A program made the translations under genes and the position numbers. DNA of 32,000 bases from Desulfobulbus propionicus DSM 2032 (lineage in GTDB: Bacteria; Desulfobacterota; Desulfobulbia; Desulfobulbales; Desulfobulbaceae): contig NC_014972.1 in NCBI RefSeq assembly GCF_000186885.1, positions 1,650,001 through 1,682,000 of the forward strand. The letters are read 5' to 3'. Positions 6,898 through 15,613 of this stretch are shown one piece after another (the stretch's first letter is position 1; each line of letters begins with the position of its first letter). The notes under the pieces were generated by a model. The model was not told where the DNA came from. It searched no databases and saw only the letters and a list, made by a program, of their open reading frames with translations.

Positions 6898-8499
6898 ATG
6901 TCCCCCCTGTTGTTGACCCTGCTGCCCATTGCCGTCATTCTCATCCTTCTTCTGTTCTATCGCAAGGCCGCCGACATCAGCGGCGTCATCGGCTGGCTGG
7001 TGATCTCGCTGGTCGCCTGGGCCGGATTTCACACCTCGGTCGAGGTCATTCTTCGCTCGACCGCGGCCGGTCTCATTCGCTCCTTTTCCGTGTCGTTGAT
7101 CGTGGCCACCTCCTTGCTGCAGATGGCCATCATGGAGCGAACCGGGGCGCTGCGGCGGATCACCATTTTCATCAAGACCATTGCCAGCGGCAACCGGGCG
7201 GTGCAGATCATGATGATCAACATTGGCTTCGGCACCCTGATGGTGGCCGTCGGCGCCACCCCTGTCTCGATTCTGCCGCCGATTCTGGTGGCCATGGGAT
7301 ACTCCACCTATGTGGCCATTGCCCTGCCGGCCATTGGCTACGATTCGCTGTGCACCTACGCCCTGTTGGGCGCCCCACTTGTGGTTTTTGTCGATATCGC
7401 CAACCATTTTTTGGGCAACGGGCATGAGATTGCCCTCCACCAGGCCGGCATGATCTTTGCCCATTTTCTGCCGCTGGTGTCGACCCTGATCGGCTTTTGC
7501 ATGCTGTGGATCGCCGGCCGCTGGAAGGCGGTGCGCCGGGGATGGCTCCCTTGCCTGATCAGCGGCGCTGTGATCGGTGTCGTCTCCTCCTTCACCAACC
7601 GCTACGACAACCTGGTGGTGGTGACCGGGGTGCTCTGCGGCATGGCGGTTATTGTGGCCATGGGCGTTTATCTGCTGGTCACCGGGCGGCCGATTCTCGA
7701 TCGGCGGCATCTGACGGCCGAGGAACTCGCCTTGGCCAAACGGTATCCGCTGTGGCGGGCGGTCATGCCGTGGGCCATGCTCGTCGTCCTGATCCTGGTG
7801 CTCAATGTGCCGCAGGATCTATTCAACTGGCTGTACCGGACCATGAAACTGCCCATCATGGGGCTGACAGCCGATGGCCGGCCGCTGGACACCCGGGCGC
7901 TCTGGCAGGCCTACACCTGGATCCTGGTCAGCACCCTGTTGGCGCTTCCCTTTTTGCGGGCCACCGGCGGACAGCTCCGCGAGGCACTGGCGATCTGGCT
8001 CAAGCGGGCGCCGCGGCCGGTCTTTGCCGCCGCCATCTTTTTCGCGATCGGCGAGATCATGAACATGTCGGGTTATGACATGGCCACCCGGACCTATGCC
8101 GTGCCGAGCATGGTCAAGGTGCTGGCCGATAATTCGGCGGCACTGTTTCAGGGGGCCTACGGCCAGGTGGTCGCCTTTATCGGTCTGTTTGGCGGATTTC
8201 TGACCGGCAGCGAGGCCTCGACCATTGCCATGTTTGCCAAATACACCATGTCCACCGCCCGGAATCTGAACCTTTCCCTGGATGGCTTGCTCATCGTCAC
8301 CGCCGGACTGGCGTTTGGCGGCGGGCTTGCCAGCGTGGTTTCGCCGGCAAAGCTGCAGAACGCGGCCGCCTCCATCGACCGGATCGGTGACGAAGGCGTG
8401 GTGATCAGGGTTGCCTTTGTCTTTGCTCTCCTGCTGACGCTGATCACCTCTGTGTTTGTGGTGCTGCTCCTTTTGGTGAAAGGACAGTACGCCGCATGA
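6898..8499 (+). CDS. L-lactate permease (LctP/LldP) family transporter, divergent member
   Basis: 533-aa polytopic protein. GGFLTGSEASTIAMFAKYT...GGGLASVVSPAKLQNAAASIDRIGDEG parallels E. coli LldP GVFLTGSDTSSNALFAALQ...[27 protein letters not shown]. An AAGGAG lies upstream of the ATG. Confidence 0.75.
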   Translation: MSPLLLTLLPIAVILILLLFYRKAADISGVIGWLVISLVAWAGFHTSVEVILRSTAAGLIRSFSVSLIVATSLLQMAIMERTGALRRITIFIKTIASGNRAVQIMMINIGFGTLMVAVGATPVSILPPILVAMGYSTYVAIALPAIGYDSLCTYALLGAPLVVFVDIANHFLGNGHEIALHQAGMIFAHFLPLVSTLIGFCMLWIAGRWKAVRRGWLPCLISGAVIGVVSSFTNRYDNLVVVTGVLCGMAVIVAMGVYLLVTGRPILDRRHLTAEELALAKRYPLWRAVMPWAMLVVLILVLNVPQDLFNWLYRTMKLPIMGLTADGRPLDTRALWQAYTWILVSTLLALPFLRATGGQLREALAIWLKRAPRPVFAAAIFFAIGEIMNMSGYDMATRTYAVPSMVKVLADNSAALFQGAYGQVVAFIGLFGGFLTGSEASTIAMFAKYTMSTARNLNLSLDGLLIVTAGLAFGGGLASVVSPAKLQNAAASIDRIGDEGVVIRVAFVFALLLTLITSVFVVLLLLVKGQYAA

Positions 8500-8544
8500 C
8501 GAAGCTGAAATATCTCGCCTCCGTGGCTTTTGGATTGTTTACCC

Positions 8545-10719
8545 ATGCACTGCTACCCAAAGACCATCGCCGATGAACTCGGCATACGACCCGCGCAGGT
8601 GGAGACCGTTGCCGCCCTGCTCGATGATGGCGCGACCATTCCGTTCATCGCCCGCTATCGCAAGGAGGCCACGGGGTGCCTCGATGAGCTGCAACTCGCC
8701 GCGATTCGCGATCGGCGGATCGAATTGGCCGAGGTGGACAAGCGGCGCTCGGCCATTCTCGCTTCCCTGGACGAGCGGGGAATCCTGGATGCGGCCTTGC
8801 GCCAGGCCGTCAACGCCGCCGCTGATCTGGCCGCCCTTGAAGATATCTATCTGCCATATCGGCCCAAGCGAAGAACCCGGGCGCAGATCGCCAGGGAAAA
8901 GGGCCTGGAGCCCCTGGCAGCACTGCTCCATGGTCAGAAGACGCAACCCATCGAGGTTGAAGCCTTTGTCAACCCCGAACAGGAGGTGGCCACGGTCGAG
9001 GAGGCGTTGAGTGGTGCCCGCGACATCATCGCCGAATGGATCAGTGAAGATGCCGCCATCCGTGCCCGGCTCCGGGACATTTTTCGGCATAAAGCCGTGA
9101 TCACCTCGACCGTGGTCAAGAACCAGGAAGAAAGCGGCGCTACGTTCAGGGATTATTTTCAGTGGCGGGAACCCGTGGGCAAGGCGGCCGGCCATCGGCT
9201 GCTGGCCATGTTCCGGGGGGAACAGGCAAAGGTGTTGAGTCTTTCCTTTCGTCCCCCTGAAAACGAGGCGTTGACGATCCTGCATCGCTGTGTTGTCCGT
9301 GCCAATGGCTTTGCCGGCCAGCAGGTGACCCTGGCTGTTGACGACAGTTACAAGCGGTTGCTCGCTCCCTCGCTGGAAAATGAACTGCGGACGCAGCTGA
9401 AGAAACAGGCTGACCAGGAGGCGATCGCGGTGTTTGCCGACAACCTCCGCGAATTGTTGCTCGCCCCGCCCCTGGGACAAAAGCGGACCATGGCCCTGGA
9501 TCCCGGGTTTCGCACCGGCGCGAAGCTGGTTTGTCTGGGCGAACAGGGCCAATTGCTCGATTGGACCACCATTTACCCCACGCTTTCCCGCGCGCAGCAG
9601 GAGGAAGCGGCGCAAACCGTGCTCCGGCTCTGCCGTCGCTACCGCATCGAGGCCATTGCCATCGGCAACGGCACGGCGAGCCGCGAGACCGAAGCCTTTG
9701 TCCGCGGCCTGGACCTGCCGTCAGAGGTGGTGGTCACCCTGGTCGATGAACGCGGCGCTTCCGTGTATTCCGCTTCCGAGGTCGCCCGCGCCGAATTTCC
9801 CGACCACGATATCACGGTGCGGGGCGCCGTTTCCATTGGCCGGCGGCTACAGGACCCGTTGGCCGAACTGGTCAAGCTCGATCCGAAGGCCATAGGCGTG
9901 GGGCAGTATCAGCACGATGTTCAGCAGAAAGCGCTCAAACAGAGCCTCGATGACGTGGTCGTCAGCTGCGTGAACAGGGTTGGCGTCGAGGTGAACAGTG
10001 CCAGCAAGGAGTTGCTTGCCTATGTCTCCGGGTTGGGGGGAACCCTGGCGGCCAACATCCTTGCCTACCGTCGGGAAAAGGGGCCGTTCACCGACCGGCG
10101 GCAACTGTTGCACGTACCCCGGCTCGGCAGGAAGGCCTTTGAGCAGTGCGCCGGTTTCTTGCGCATCCACGACGCCGCAAATCCCCTGGATCGCTCGGGG
10201 GTGCATCCCGAACGCTACGGCATCGTCGAACAAATGGCCAGGGAGTGCGGCTGTACGATCTCCGCGCTGATGGAAGAGGAACACCGGCGCCAACGCATCC
10301 AGCTCGATCGGTATGTCCAGGACGGGATCGGGCTGCCGACCCTGGAGGATATTCTAGCCGAACTCGGCAAACCGGGCCGCGATCCGCGACGATCCTTTGC
10401 CGCCTTTGCCTTTGCTCCGGGAATCGAGCGGCTGGAGGATTTGCGGGAGGGCATGCGCCTGCCCGGTATCGTCACCAATGTGACCAAGTTCGGTGCTTTT
10501 GTGGATATCGGCGTTCATCAGGACGGCCTTGTCCATATCAGTCAGTTGGCCGACCGGTATGTCAAGGATCCGGCGGAAGTGGTCAAGGTCCGCCAGCAGG
10601 TGCAGGTGCGCGTGCTGGAGGTGGATGTCAAGCGAAGGCGGATCGGGTTGTCGCTGCGCGCCACCCCTGCCGATCTGTCGAGCGTGACGGATTCATCGAG
10701 AACAAACGATAATGGTTAG
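8545..10719 (+). CDS. tex: Tex transcription accessory protein (S1 RNA-binding domain protein)
   Basis: IADELGIRPAQVETVAALLDDGATIPFIARYRKEATGCLDELQL is the Tex N-terminal signature. It also has a YqgF/RuvC-like core, HhH motifs and a C-terminal S1 domain (GIVTNVTKFGAFVDIGVHQDGLVHISQLADRYVKDP). The track start at 8530 is TTG, so ATG 8545 is preferred. Confidence 0.95.
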   Translation: MHCYPKTIADELGIRPAQVETVAALLDDGATIPFIARYRKEATGCLDELQLAAIRDRRIELAEVDKRRSAILASLDERGILDAALRQAVNAAADLAALEDIYLPYRPKRRTRAQIAREKGLEPLAALLHGQKTQPIEVEAFVNPEQEVATVEEALSGARDIIAEWISEDAAIRARLRDIFRHKAVITSTVVKNQEESGATFRDYFQWREPVGKAAGHRLLAMFRGEQAKVLSLSFRPPENEALTILHRCVVRANGFAGQQVTLAVDDSYKRLLAPSLENELRTQLKKQADQEAIAVFADNLRELLLAPPLGQKRTMALDPGFRTGAKLVCLGEQGQLLDWTTIYPTLSRAQQEEAAQTVLRLCRRYRIEAIAIGNGTASRETEAFVRGLDLPSEVVVTLVDERGASVYSASEVARAEFPDHDITVRGAVSIGRRLQDPLAELVKLDPKAIGVGQYQHDVQQKALKQSLDDVVVSCVNRVGVEVNSASKELLAYVSGLGGTLAANILAYRREKGPFTDRRQLLHVPRLGRKAFEQCAGFLRIHDAANPLDRSGVHPERYGIVEQMARECGCTISALMEEEHRRQRIQLDRYVQDGIGLPTLEDILAELGKPGRDPRRSFAAFAFAPGIERLEDLREGMRLPGIVTNVTKFGAFVDIGVHQDGLVHISQLADRYVKDPAEVVKVRQQVQVRVLEVDVKRRRIGLSLRATPADLSSVTDSSRTNDNG

Positions 10720-11372
10720 AGCCCGAGGTCCTCGTTGACCAGAATGATCTTGATCCTGCCTTTGGGGTGGGATTTCTGGGTAATGGTCCAGGTGTTGCAA
10801 ATGCGGTCCGGACTGTTGCAATCCATGCAGAAGGAGGTTTTGACGCACGGCATTTTCCAGCCAGTGTGGCGGATGGCGTTCATCGGCGCGCTGTAGGACT
10901 TGATCCGGTCCATGGCGTGCTGCACGGTTTGCACCAGCTTGTTGCGGCCGATGACCAGGACCACCGTCCGTGGGCCGAAGGTGATCGCGCCGACCCGGTT
11001 GCCGATCATGTCCAGGTTGACCAGTTCCCCTGTTTCGGTCACCGCGTTGGTGCCGGTGAGGAACAGATCCACCAGCAGGGCCTGCCGCCGCCGCTCGATC
11101 AGTTCTTCTCGCGGCACGCCCGGGGCAAAGGTCTCGATCAGGTTGATGGAGGGCATTTGCCGCAGCGCATCGAGGATGGCGGTGGCGTGCAGGCTCATCG
11201 AGTCCGCCCAGGAGGCGGATCGGACGGTCAGCTTCGGCAAGATGGCATCGAGAAAGAGCGTTCTCGCCTCGTCGCAATGTTGGGCGATGAAGACCTCGAA
11301 ATGATTCTTTTCCAGGGCGCTCTTGCACTGGGCGAGCCGCAGCTGCCAAAAAGCGGTTTGCCAGGTATCCAT
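10716..11372 (-). CDS. LUD-domain (lactate utilization, LutC/YkgG-like, DUF162) protein
   Basis: LVDLFLTGTNAVTETGELVNLDMIGNRVGAITFGPRTVVLVIGRNKLV matches the LUD-domain core. ATG 11372 has AAGGAA 4-5 nt upstream, whereas the track start at 11429 is GTG. The 3' end overlaps the tex stop by 4 nt (convergent). Confidence 0.8.
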   Translation of the reverse strand: MDTWQTAFWQLRLAQCKSALEKNHFEVFIAQHCDEARTLFLDAILPKLTVRSASWADSMSLHATAILDALRQMPSINLIETFAPGVPREELIERRRQALLVDLFLTGTNAVTETGELVNLDMIGNRVGAITFGPRTVVLVIGRNKLVQTVQHAMDRIKSYSAPMNAIRHTGWKMPCVKTSFCMDCNSPDRICNTWTITQKSHPKGRIKIILVNEDLGL

Positions 11373-11429
11373 GGTATTCCTTGTGATCCGGTTCTGTTTA
11401 AGGGGTGTGGTCGAAATGGCGTCTGGCAC

Positions 11430-12449
11430 TCATGGTGTGCCGGCGGCAAGACCAACCGGCCAGACGGCAAAGGTCTTGCCGGGTTTGTAACCAACCCCGC
11501 AGGCTCCCTTGCCGAGATACAGCACCCAGGCCCAGTCGGTTTCAAAAAAGCTGGTGGTGGAGGACCAATAACCATCCTCCAGTCCGGTGAAGGGATGGTC
11601 GGCGGGCAGGGCAGGGGAACAGGCAGCGCAGTCCACCAGGGAAGCCAGTTCGTTGATGGTCGGCAACCGCCATTGCCGTCCGTCGCCGGCACGCTCCCGC
11701 TTCCAGGCGGCAACCGACTCAAGGGCCTGTTGCCAGGCAATCGGCTCTCCCCGCAGATCGGCATGTTTCGCCCACCACAGGTTGGTCAGGTGATCGTGCA
11801 CCACCTCCCCGGCAACACTAAATCGGGGAATGGGCCAGGGGGCTCCGAGGCGCAAGGCACCGTCCTGGCCGCTGCCGCTCCCGTTCATTTCCCGGCCCTG
11901 GACATCAAAACAGCGCCGCTGCCCGGTTTGGGGAAGCAGCCCGTTGCCTGTTCCACGCACCGGCCAGAACAAAGAGGCTTGGTCCTTGCGACTGTAAAAC
12001 ATCCGCGCCCCTTCGAGATGCACGGCCCAGGCATAGGCCGGATTGATGGCGGCGGTGGTCGATGACCAGTACCAGCCGAGAAAAGGGTGAACAAAGGGGT
12101 GGTCCTCGGGCAGGGCCGGCTTTTTCGCCTGATAGCTCATCAGGCTGCGCAACTCGTTGCGGTTGGGCAGGCGCCAGTCCCCATGCCCGCCATACTGTTG
12201 CCGATTCAACTCGTCGATCTGTTCAAAGGCCTCCAGCCAGGTGCAGGGAAAACCGCCGATAGTGGCATCGAGCGTCCAGGTCAGGCCGGTCAGTTGATCG
12301 ACCGCCACATCGCCCCGCACGGTGAAGCGGGGTGACGGCCACGGCGCGCCCCGGAGAAATTCGCCGTCCTGGCCGCTGCCGGAACAGTCGATCTCCTGAC
12401 CGCTTGCGTTGTAACAACGGGTCTGGCCGGTGTGCAGCACATGCAGCAT
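11430..12449 (-). CDS. Tandem DUF1566 (Lcl C-terminal domain-like) protein, no signal peptide
   Basis: Two paralogous modules, each starting TGQ(T/R)RC(Y/F)..G.E...SGSGQDG...GAPWP.PRF and ending WRLP..NEL.SL......PALP.DHPF......YWSSTT...AW. Start taken at MLHVLHTGQTRCY (12449), because the longer track ORF would overlap the hemerythrin gene. Confidence 0.8.
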   Translation of the reverse strand: MLHVLHTGQTRCYNASGQEIDCSGSGQDGEFLRGAPWPSPRFTVRGDVAVDQLTGLTWTLDATIGGFPCTWLEAFEQIDELNRQQYGGHGDWRLPNRNELRSLMSYQAKKPALPEDHPFVHPFLGWYWSSTTAAINPAYAWAVHLEGARMFYSRKDQASLFWPVRGTGNGLLPQTGQRRCFDVQGREMNGSGSGQDGALRLGAPWPIPRFSVAGEVVHDHLTNLWWAKHADLRGEPIAWQQALESVAAWKRERAGDGRQWRLPTINELASLVDCAACSPALPADHPFTGLEDGYWSSTTSFFETDWAWVLYLGKGACGVGYKPGKTFAVWPVGLAAGTP

Positions 12450-12498
12450 GTCGTTCGAGGCGTTAGCGCGGGAAATGGGCGGAATGCCGGTTTCGCTG

Positions 12499-13053
12499 TC
12501 AGCGCAGGTACAGCCGAACCATCTGTTCGAGAAAGGCGTGGAACTGCTCATGGGTGCCCTGGCCGATTCGCTCCTCTTCCAAGCGCTCAAAGGCCTGAAA
12601 AAGTTCCGCGTCCTTGTTGCCGTCCAGCTTGTCGGCCGCCAACACGAACAGGACCGAATTTTCCTTGTCGATATGCTGAAGCAAAAGTGTTTGGTATTCC
12701 TCGGCTATCGACGCGAAGGCTGCCTTGGCCGCGGCATCGCCTGCGCGCAGCGCGCTCAAGGCCTCTTGCATGCCGACGACCAGCACCCGCCCGCGCGCAT
12801 GTTCGTTCAACATAACGCCGATCGGACCGCCTTCCCGGGGGACACCGACCGCCTCCAGGGCAGGAAAGAGATACTCTTCTTCCTTCCCGTGGTGGCAGTG
12901 ATCGACGAACACGGTGAAAAACTCCATCATGCGGTCGAGATGGGCCTGCTCGACCGGCTCGTTGGCGCCCAGTTTGCGCCCAAGGACGCCGAGCACCTGC
13001 AACATCAGCTGAATACCGTGATGTTCCTTGCGCAATTCATCGGTCGCTTGCAT
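12499..13053 (-). CDS. Hemerythrin-like (HHE cation-binding) domain protein
   Basis: LRKEHHGIQLML...FVDHCHHGKEEEYLFP...MLNEHARG...LLLQHIDKENSVLF shows the His/Glu ligand spacing of hemerythrin-fold di-iron proteins. A strong RBS (AAAGGAGAAG) precedes the ATG. Confidence 0.85.
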   Translation of the reverse strand: MQATDELRKEHHGIQLMLQVLGVLGRKLGANEPVEQAHLDRMMEFFTVFVDHCHHGKEEEYLFPALEAVGVPREGGPIGVMLNEHARGRVLVVGMQEALSALRAGDAAAKAAFASIAEEYQTLLLQHIDKENSVLFVLAADKLDGNKDAELFQAFERLEEERIGQGTHEQFHAFLEQMVRLYLR

Positions 13054-13456
13054 CGTCTTCTCCTTTGGTGTCGGTGTTTGCTCGAAACAGCAGATACTCC
13101 TTCAAGGCAACGGCCTGATTGTGCTGGATGTCCCGCGCGGCGAAGAGCAGGGTGAGTCCCCGCTCCCTGGCCAGTTCGAGCAGAAGGTTGGTTATCTCGG
13201 GTTTGGCACGCAGCTCGGCTGTGTAGCGGGCCTTGAACTCTTCCCATTTATCTGGGTCGTGATGGAACCATGTGCGCAGCTGATCGCTGGGTGCAACCTC
13301 GCGCAGCCACTGATCCGCCTTGAGCTTGTCCCTTCCGACGCCCCGCGGCCAGACGCGGTCCACCAGAACACGTACCCCGTCGTCCGGTCCAACGGGATCG
13401 TATACCCGCTTGAGGGTGATACGCGGTTTGGGATGATCGATCGGCGCTTGAGGCAT
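13037..13456 (-). CDS. DUF488 family protein
   Basis: ITLKRVYDP...GVRVLVDRVWPRGVGRDKLKADQWLREVAPSDQLRTWFHHDPDKWEEFKARYTAEL...LTLLFAARDIQHNQAVALKEYL is the typical DUF488 (YeaO-like) pattern. It overlaps the hemerythrin start by 17 nt. Confidence 0.8.
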   Translation of the reverse strand: MPQAPIDHPKPRITLKRVYDPVGPDDGVRVLVDRVWPRGVGRDKLKADQWLREVAPSDQLRTWFHHDPDKWEEFKARYTAELRAKPEITNLLLELARERGLTLLFAARDIQHNQAVALKEYLLFRANTDTKGEDDASDR

Positions 13457-13462
13457 TGGTGG

Positions 13463-14641
13463 TCAGCGGAAACCGTTTGCCCGATGGTTCTGGGCAATGG
13501 CCTCGGCCAAGCGGTCGAGGGCGGCAAAGGCCTCCTGGTCGGGCATCCCCTTGCACAGCACCGGGTCCAGGACCTCCACTTTAAGGTTGCCAATCATGCC
13601 GGCCAGGGTTTCCACGGTCTTGCCGCCCCAGCCATAGGAACCGATAACGGACAGATAACGCGCCTTGGGGCGCAAGGCATTGGCCAGGAAGGTGGCATGG
13701 GCCGCAAGCGGGTGCGGTCCAGCCAGAACGGTTGGGGTGCCAACGACAATGGTGGCCGCGTCGATCAGGGCCATGGCCAGTTTGCCGATGTCGCTGACCG
13801 CCAGGTTGAACAGTTCGACGCGAACGTTTCGGGCGACCAGGGCCGCTGTCAGGTAATCGACCATGCTCCGGGTGCTGCCGTGCATGGACACAAAGGGCAG
13901 AACCACCAGGTTGTGGGGCGGATGCTGGACCCAGTCGCGATAGGCCTCGAGGATCCAGGCCGGTTGGTCGTAGAGTTGCCCATGACTCGGGGCAATCATG
14001 TCCACGGCGTAATCGCTCAGTTTGTCCAGGTTTTTGGCGATGATCGCGCGAAAGGGCAGCATGATCTCGCCAAAGTACCGCTTCGCCGCCTCATAGACCC
14101 GGCCTTGGTCGGTGACGAACAGGTCGCTGGCGGCGATGTGGGACCCGAAGAAGTCGCAGCTGAACAGAATCCGATCTTCCTCCAGATAGGTGACCATGGT
14201 TTCCGGCCAGTGGACCCAGGGCGTATGGAGAAAACGCAGCGTTTTGCCGCCGAGCGACAGGGTCTCGCCGTCGGCAACGGCGACAATGACATCTTCGGCC
14301 AGGTGGAGGTGCTCCATGAGCAGGGTCTTGGCCTTGGCGGTGGCGAGCACCTTGGCCTGGGGAAACCGCTGGAGCAGCAGGGGGATGGTGCCGGAGTGGT
14401 CTTGCTCGGTGTGATGGGAAACGATGAAATCGATCGTGGCGACATCCCGCAGCTGGTGCAGCAAGATATCTGCCATGGCGGGATCGACCGCGTCCAGCAG
14501 CACGGTCTTGTCGCTGCCTTGGATCAGGTAGGCGTTGTAGGAGGTGCCGTCGGGAAGCGGAATAAGGGAGTCGAACAGGCGCCGGTCCCAATCGACCGCG
14601 CCCAGCCAATAGATGTTGTCCTTGATTAGTCGTTTGTCCAC
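13463..14641 (-). CDS. Class A flavodiiron protein (FprA / rubredoxin:oxygen oxidoreductase type O2/NO reductase)
   Basis: The N-terminal metallo-beta-lactamase-like domain carries the di-iron motif VSHHTEQDHSG (H-x-E-x-D-H). The C-terminal flavodoxin-like domain reads ...IVVGTPTVLAGPHP...SYGWGG. The 392-aa length is typical. The start is GTG preceded by GAGGTGA. Confidence 0.9.
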   Translation of the reverse strand: MDKRLIKDNIYWLGAVDWDRRLFDSLIPLPDGTSYNAYLIQGSDKTVLLDAVDPAMADILLHQLRDVATIDFIVSHHTEQDHSGTIPLLLQRFPQAKVLATAKAKTLLMEHLHLAEDVIVAVADGETLSLGGKTLRFLHTPWVHWPETMVTYLEEDRILFSCDFFGSHIAASDLFVTDQGRVYEAAKRYFGEIMLPFRAIIAKNLDKLSDYAVDMIAPSHGQLYDQPAWILEAYRDWVQHPPHNLVVLPFVSMHGSTRSMVDYLTAALVARNVRVELFNLAVSDIGKLAMALIDAATIVVGTPTVLAGPHPLAAHATFLANALRPKARYLSVIGSYGWGGKTVETLAGMIGNLKVEVLDPVLCKGMPDQEAFAALDRLAEAIAQNHRANGFR

Positions 14642-14720
14642 GGTTTCACCTCATGATGTGAATGGAAAATGAAAAAACGGCAAAGGGACCGCACGTCCGG
14701 CACCGGACAAGAAACAGCGT

Positions 14721-15155
14721 CTATGCGGCCGGGTCGGGAGCCCCGCTCTCGCAGGCCGCGAGGCGTTGCTTCAGCTCCTTTTCCCGTTGCCAGCGCACTG
14801 TCACATCCCGCATGATCGAGGCGCATCCCTCCAAATCGCCCTGGGCATCGCGCAGCAGCACGATACTGAATTCCAGCGACAGACGGCTGCCGTCCTTGCG
14901 AACACCCGGAGAGGTCAGCAGTCCGGTGGTGTATTTCGTCCGGCCGGAGGCCATGACCCGGTAGTACCCTTCCCAGTGACGGGCGCGCAGCTTCTCGGGA
15001 ATGATGAGGTCCAGAGACTGCCCCCGGGCCTCGGCGGCGGTATGGCCAAACATCTGTTCGGCGCCATGATTCCAGAACCGGATTGTGCCGTCGCGGTCGG
15101 CAATGAGGATCGCGTCCGGAGCGTGGTCGAGCAGTTGCTGAAACAGGTGGTCCAT
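14721..15155 (-). CDS. Stand-alone PAS domain protein
   Basis: LLDHAPDAILIADRDGTIRFWNHGAEQMFGHTAAEARGQSLDLIIP...KDGSRLSLEFSIVLLRD..G...ASIMRDVT is a canonical PAS fold sequence. No output domain is present. ATG 15155 (MDHLFQQ) is preferred over the TTG at 15182. Confidence 0.8.
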   Translation of the reverse strand: MDHLFQQLLDHAPDAILIADRDGTIRFWNHGAEQMFGHTAAEARGQSLDLIIPEKLRARHWEGYYRVMASGRTKYTTGLLTSPGVRKDGSRLSLEFSIVLLRDAQGDLEGCASIMRDVTVRWQREKELKQRLAACESGAPDPAA

Positions 15156-15340
15156 GGTTCGTCCCCGAAGTAGGTTGTTCAAGCGGGATGAGAAGGGCCG
15201 GAAAAACAGGCGACCTGCCCGGTGAAAACCTTGGCGGTGTCCATGGTCTTCCGGCGAAAACGCGCCAGGCGGTTCCCCATGGACGGGGTGCGGCCTGGCG
15301 TGCCGACAGGTGAGGTTGCCCCAGCGGCATCGATGGGCGG

Positions 15341-15535
15341 TTAGTCCTCCTCGTTGCTGATGCAGCTGGCCGGGCAGGAGGCTATCGCCTCGTCGATGCA
15401 GTCTTGGTTGCCTCCCTCGGGAGTGGTGACGTAGGCCTTGTTATCCTCGTCATTCATGGCAAATACATCCGGGCACAGTTCCACGCAAGCGCCACAGCCG
15501 AGACATTCTTCCTGATCGATTTTTACCTGCTTCAT
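15341..15535 (-). CDS. Small single-cluster ferredoxin
   Basis: 64 aa. It contains CLGCGACVELCP plus a distal ...SCPASC cysteine, and has an acidic composition. GGAGAA lies 5 nt upstream of the ATG. Its position directly downstream of hcp matches known hcp-ferredoxin pairs. Confidence 0.85.
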   Translation of the reverse strand: MKQVKIDQEECLGCGACVELCPDVFAMNDEDNKAYVTTPEGGNQDCIDEAIASCPASCISNEED

Positions 15536-15613
15536 GCTGGTTCTCCATTGGATGGGAATTGATGAGGGAGGGCCATGGTGCCACCGCAGCCCTCCGGGAT
15601 GCTCCGAACAAGA

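Noticed and set aside
6277-7710. Upstream 478 codons of the 631-aa minus-strand ORF (5815-7710)
   Set aside because: It is antisense to the well-supported GNAT and lactate-permease genes. The composition is low-complexity (G/H/R/D/Q-rich) and typical of a high-GC shadow frame. Only the 3' 153 codons (5815-6276), which have an RBS and TM helices, were kept.
8539-9615. 358-aa minus-strand ORF and other ORFs overlapping tex (8573-9010, 9434-9895, 9847-10293, 10146-10712)
   Set aside because: All overlap the Tex coding frame, which carries strong family signatures along its whole length.
10767-12065. 432-aa plus-strand ORF
   Set aside because: Antisense to the LUD and DUF1566 genes. The composition is low-complexity and G/P/A-rich.
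13028-14629. 533-aa plus-strand ORF
   Set aside because: Antisense shadow of the flavodiiron and DUF488 genes. It has no recognisable motifs and a G/V/D/Q-rich composition.
14695-14708. GTCCGG-ca-CCGGAC inverted repeat between the PAS and flavodiiron genes
   Set aside because: The loop is too small for a stable hairpin, and the downstream T-run on the minus strand is separated by about 16 nt. It cannot be told apart from a chance GC-rich dyad.
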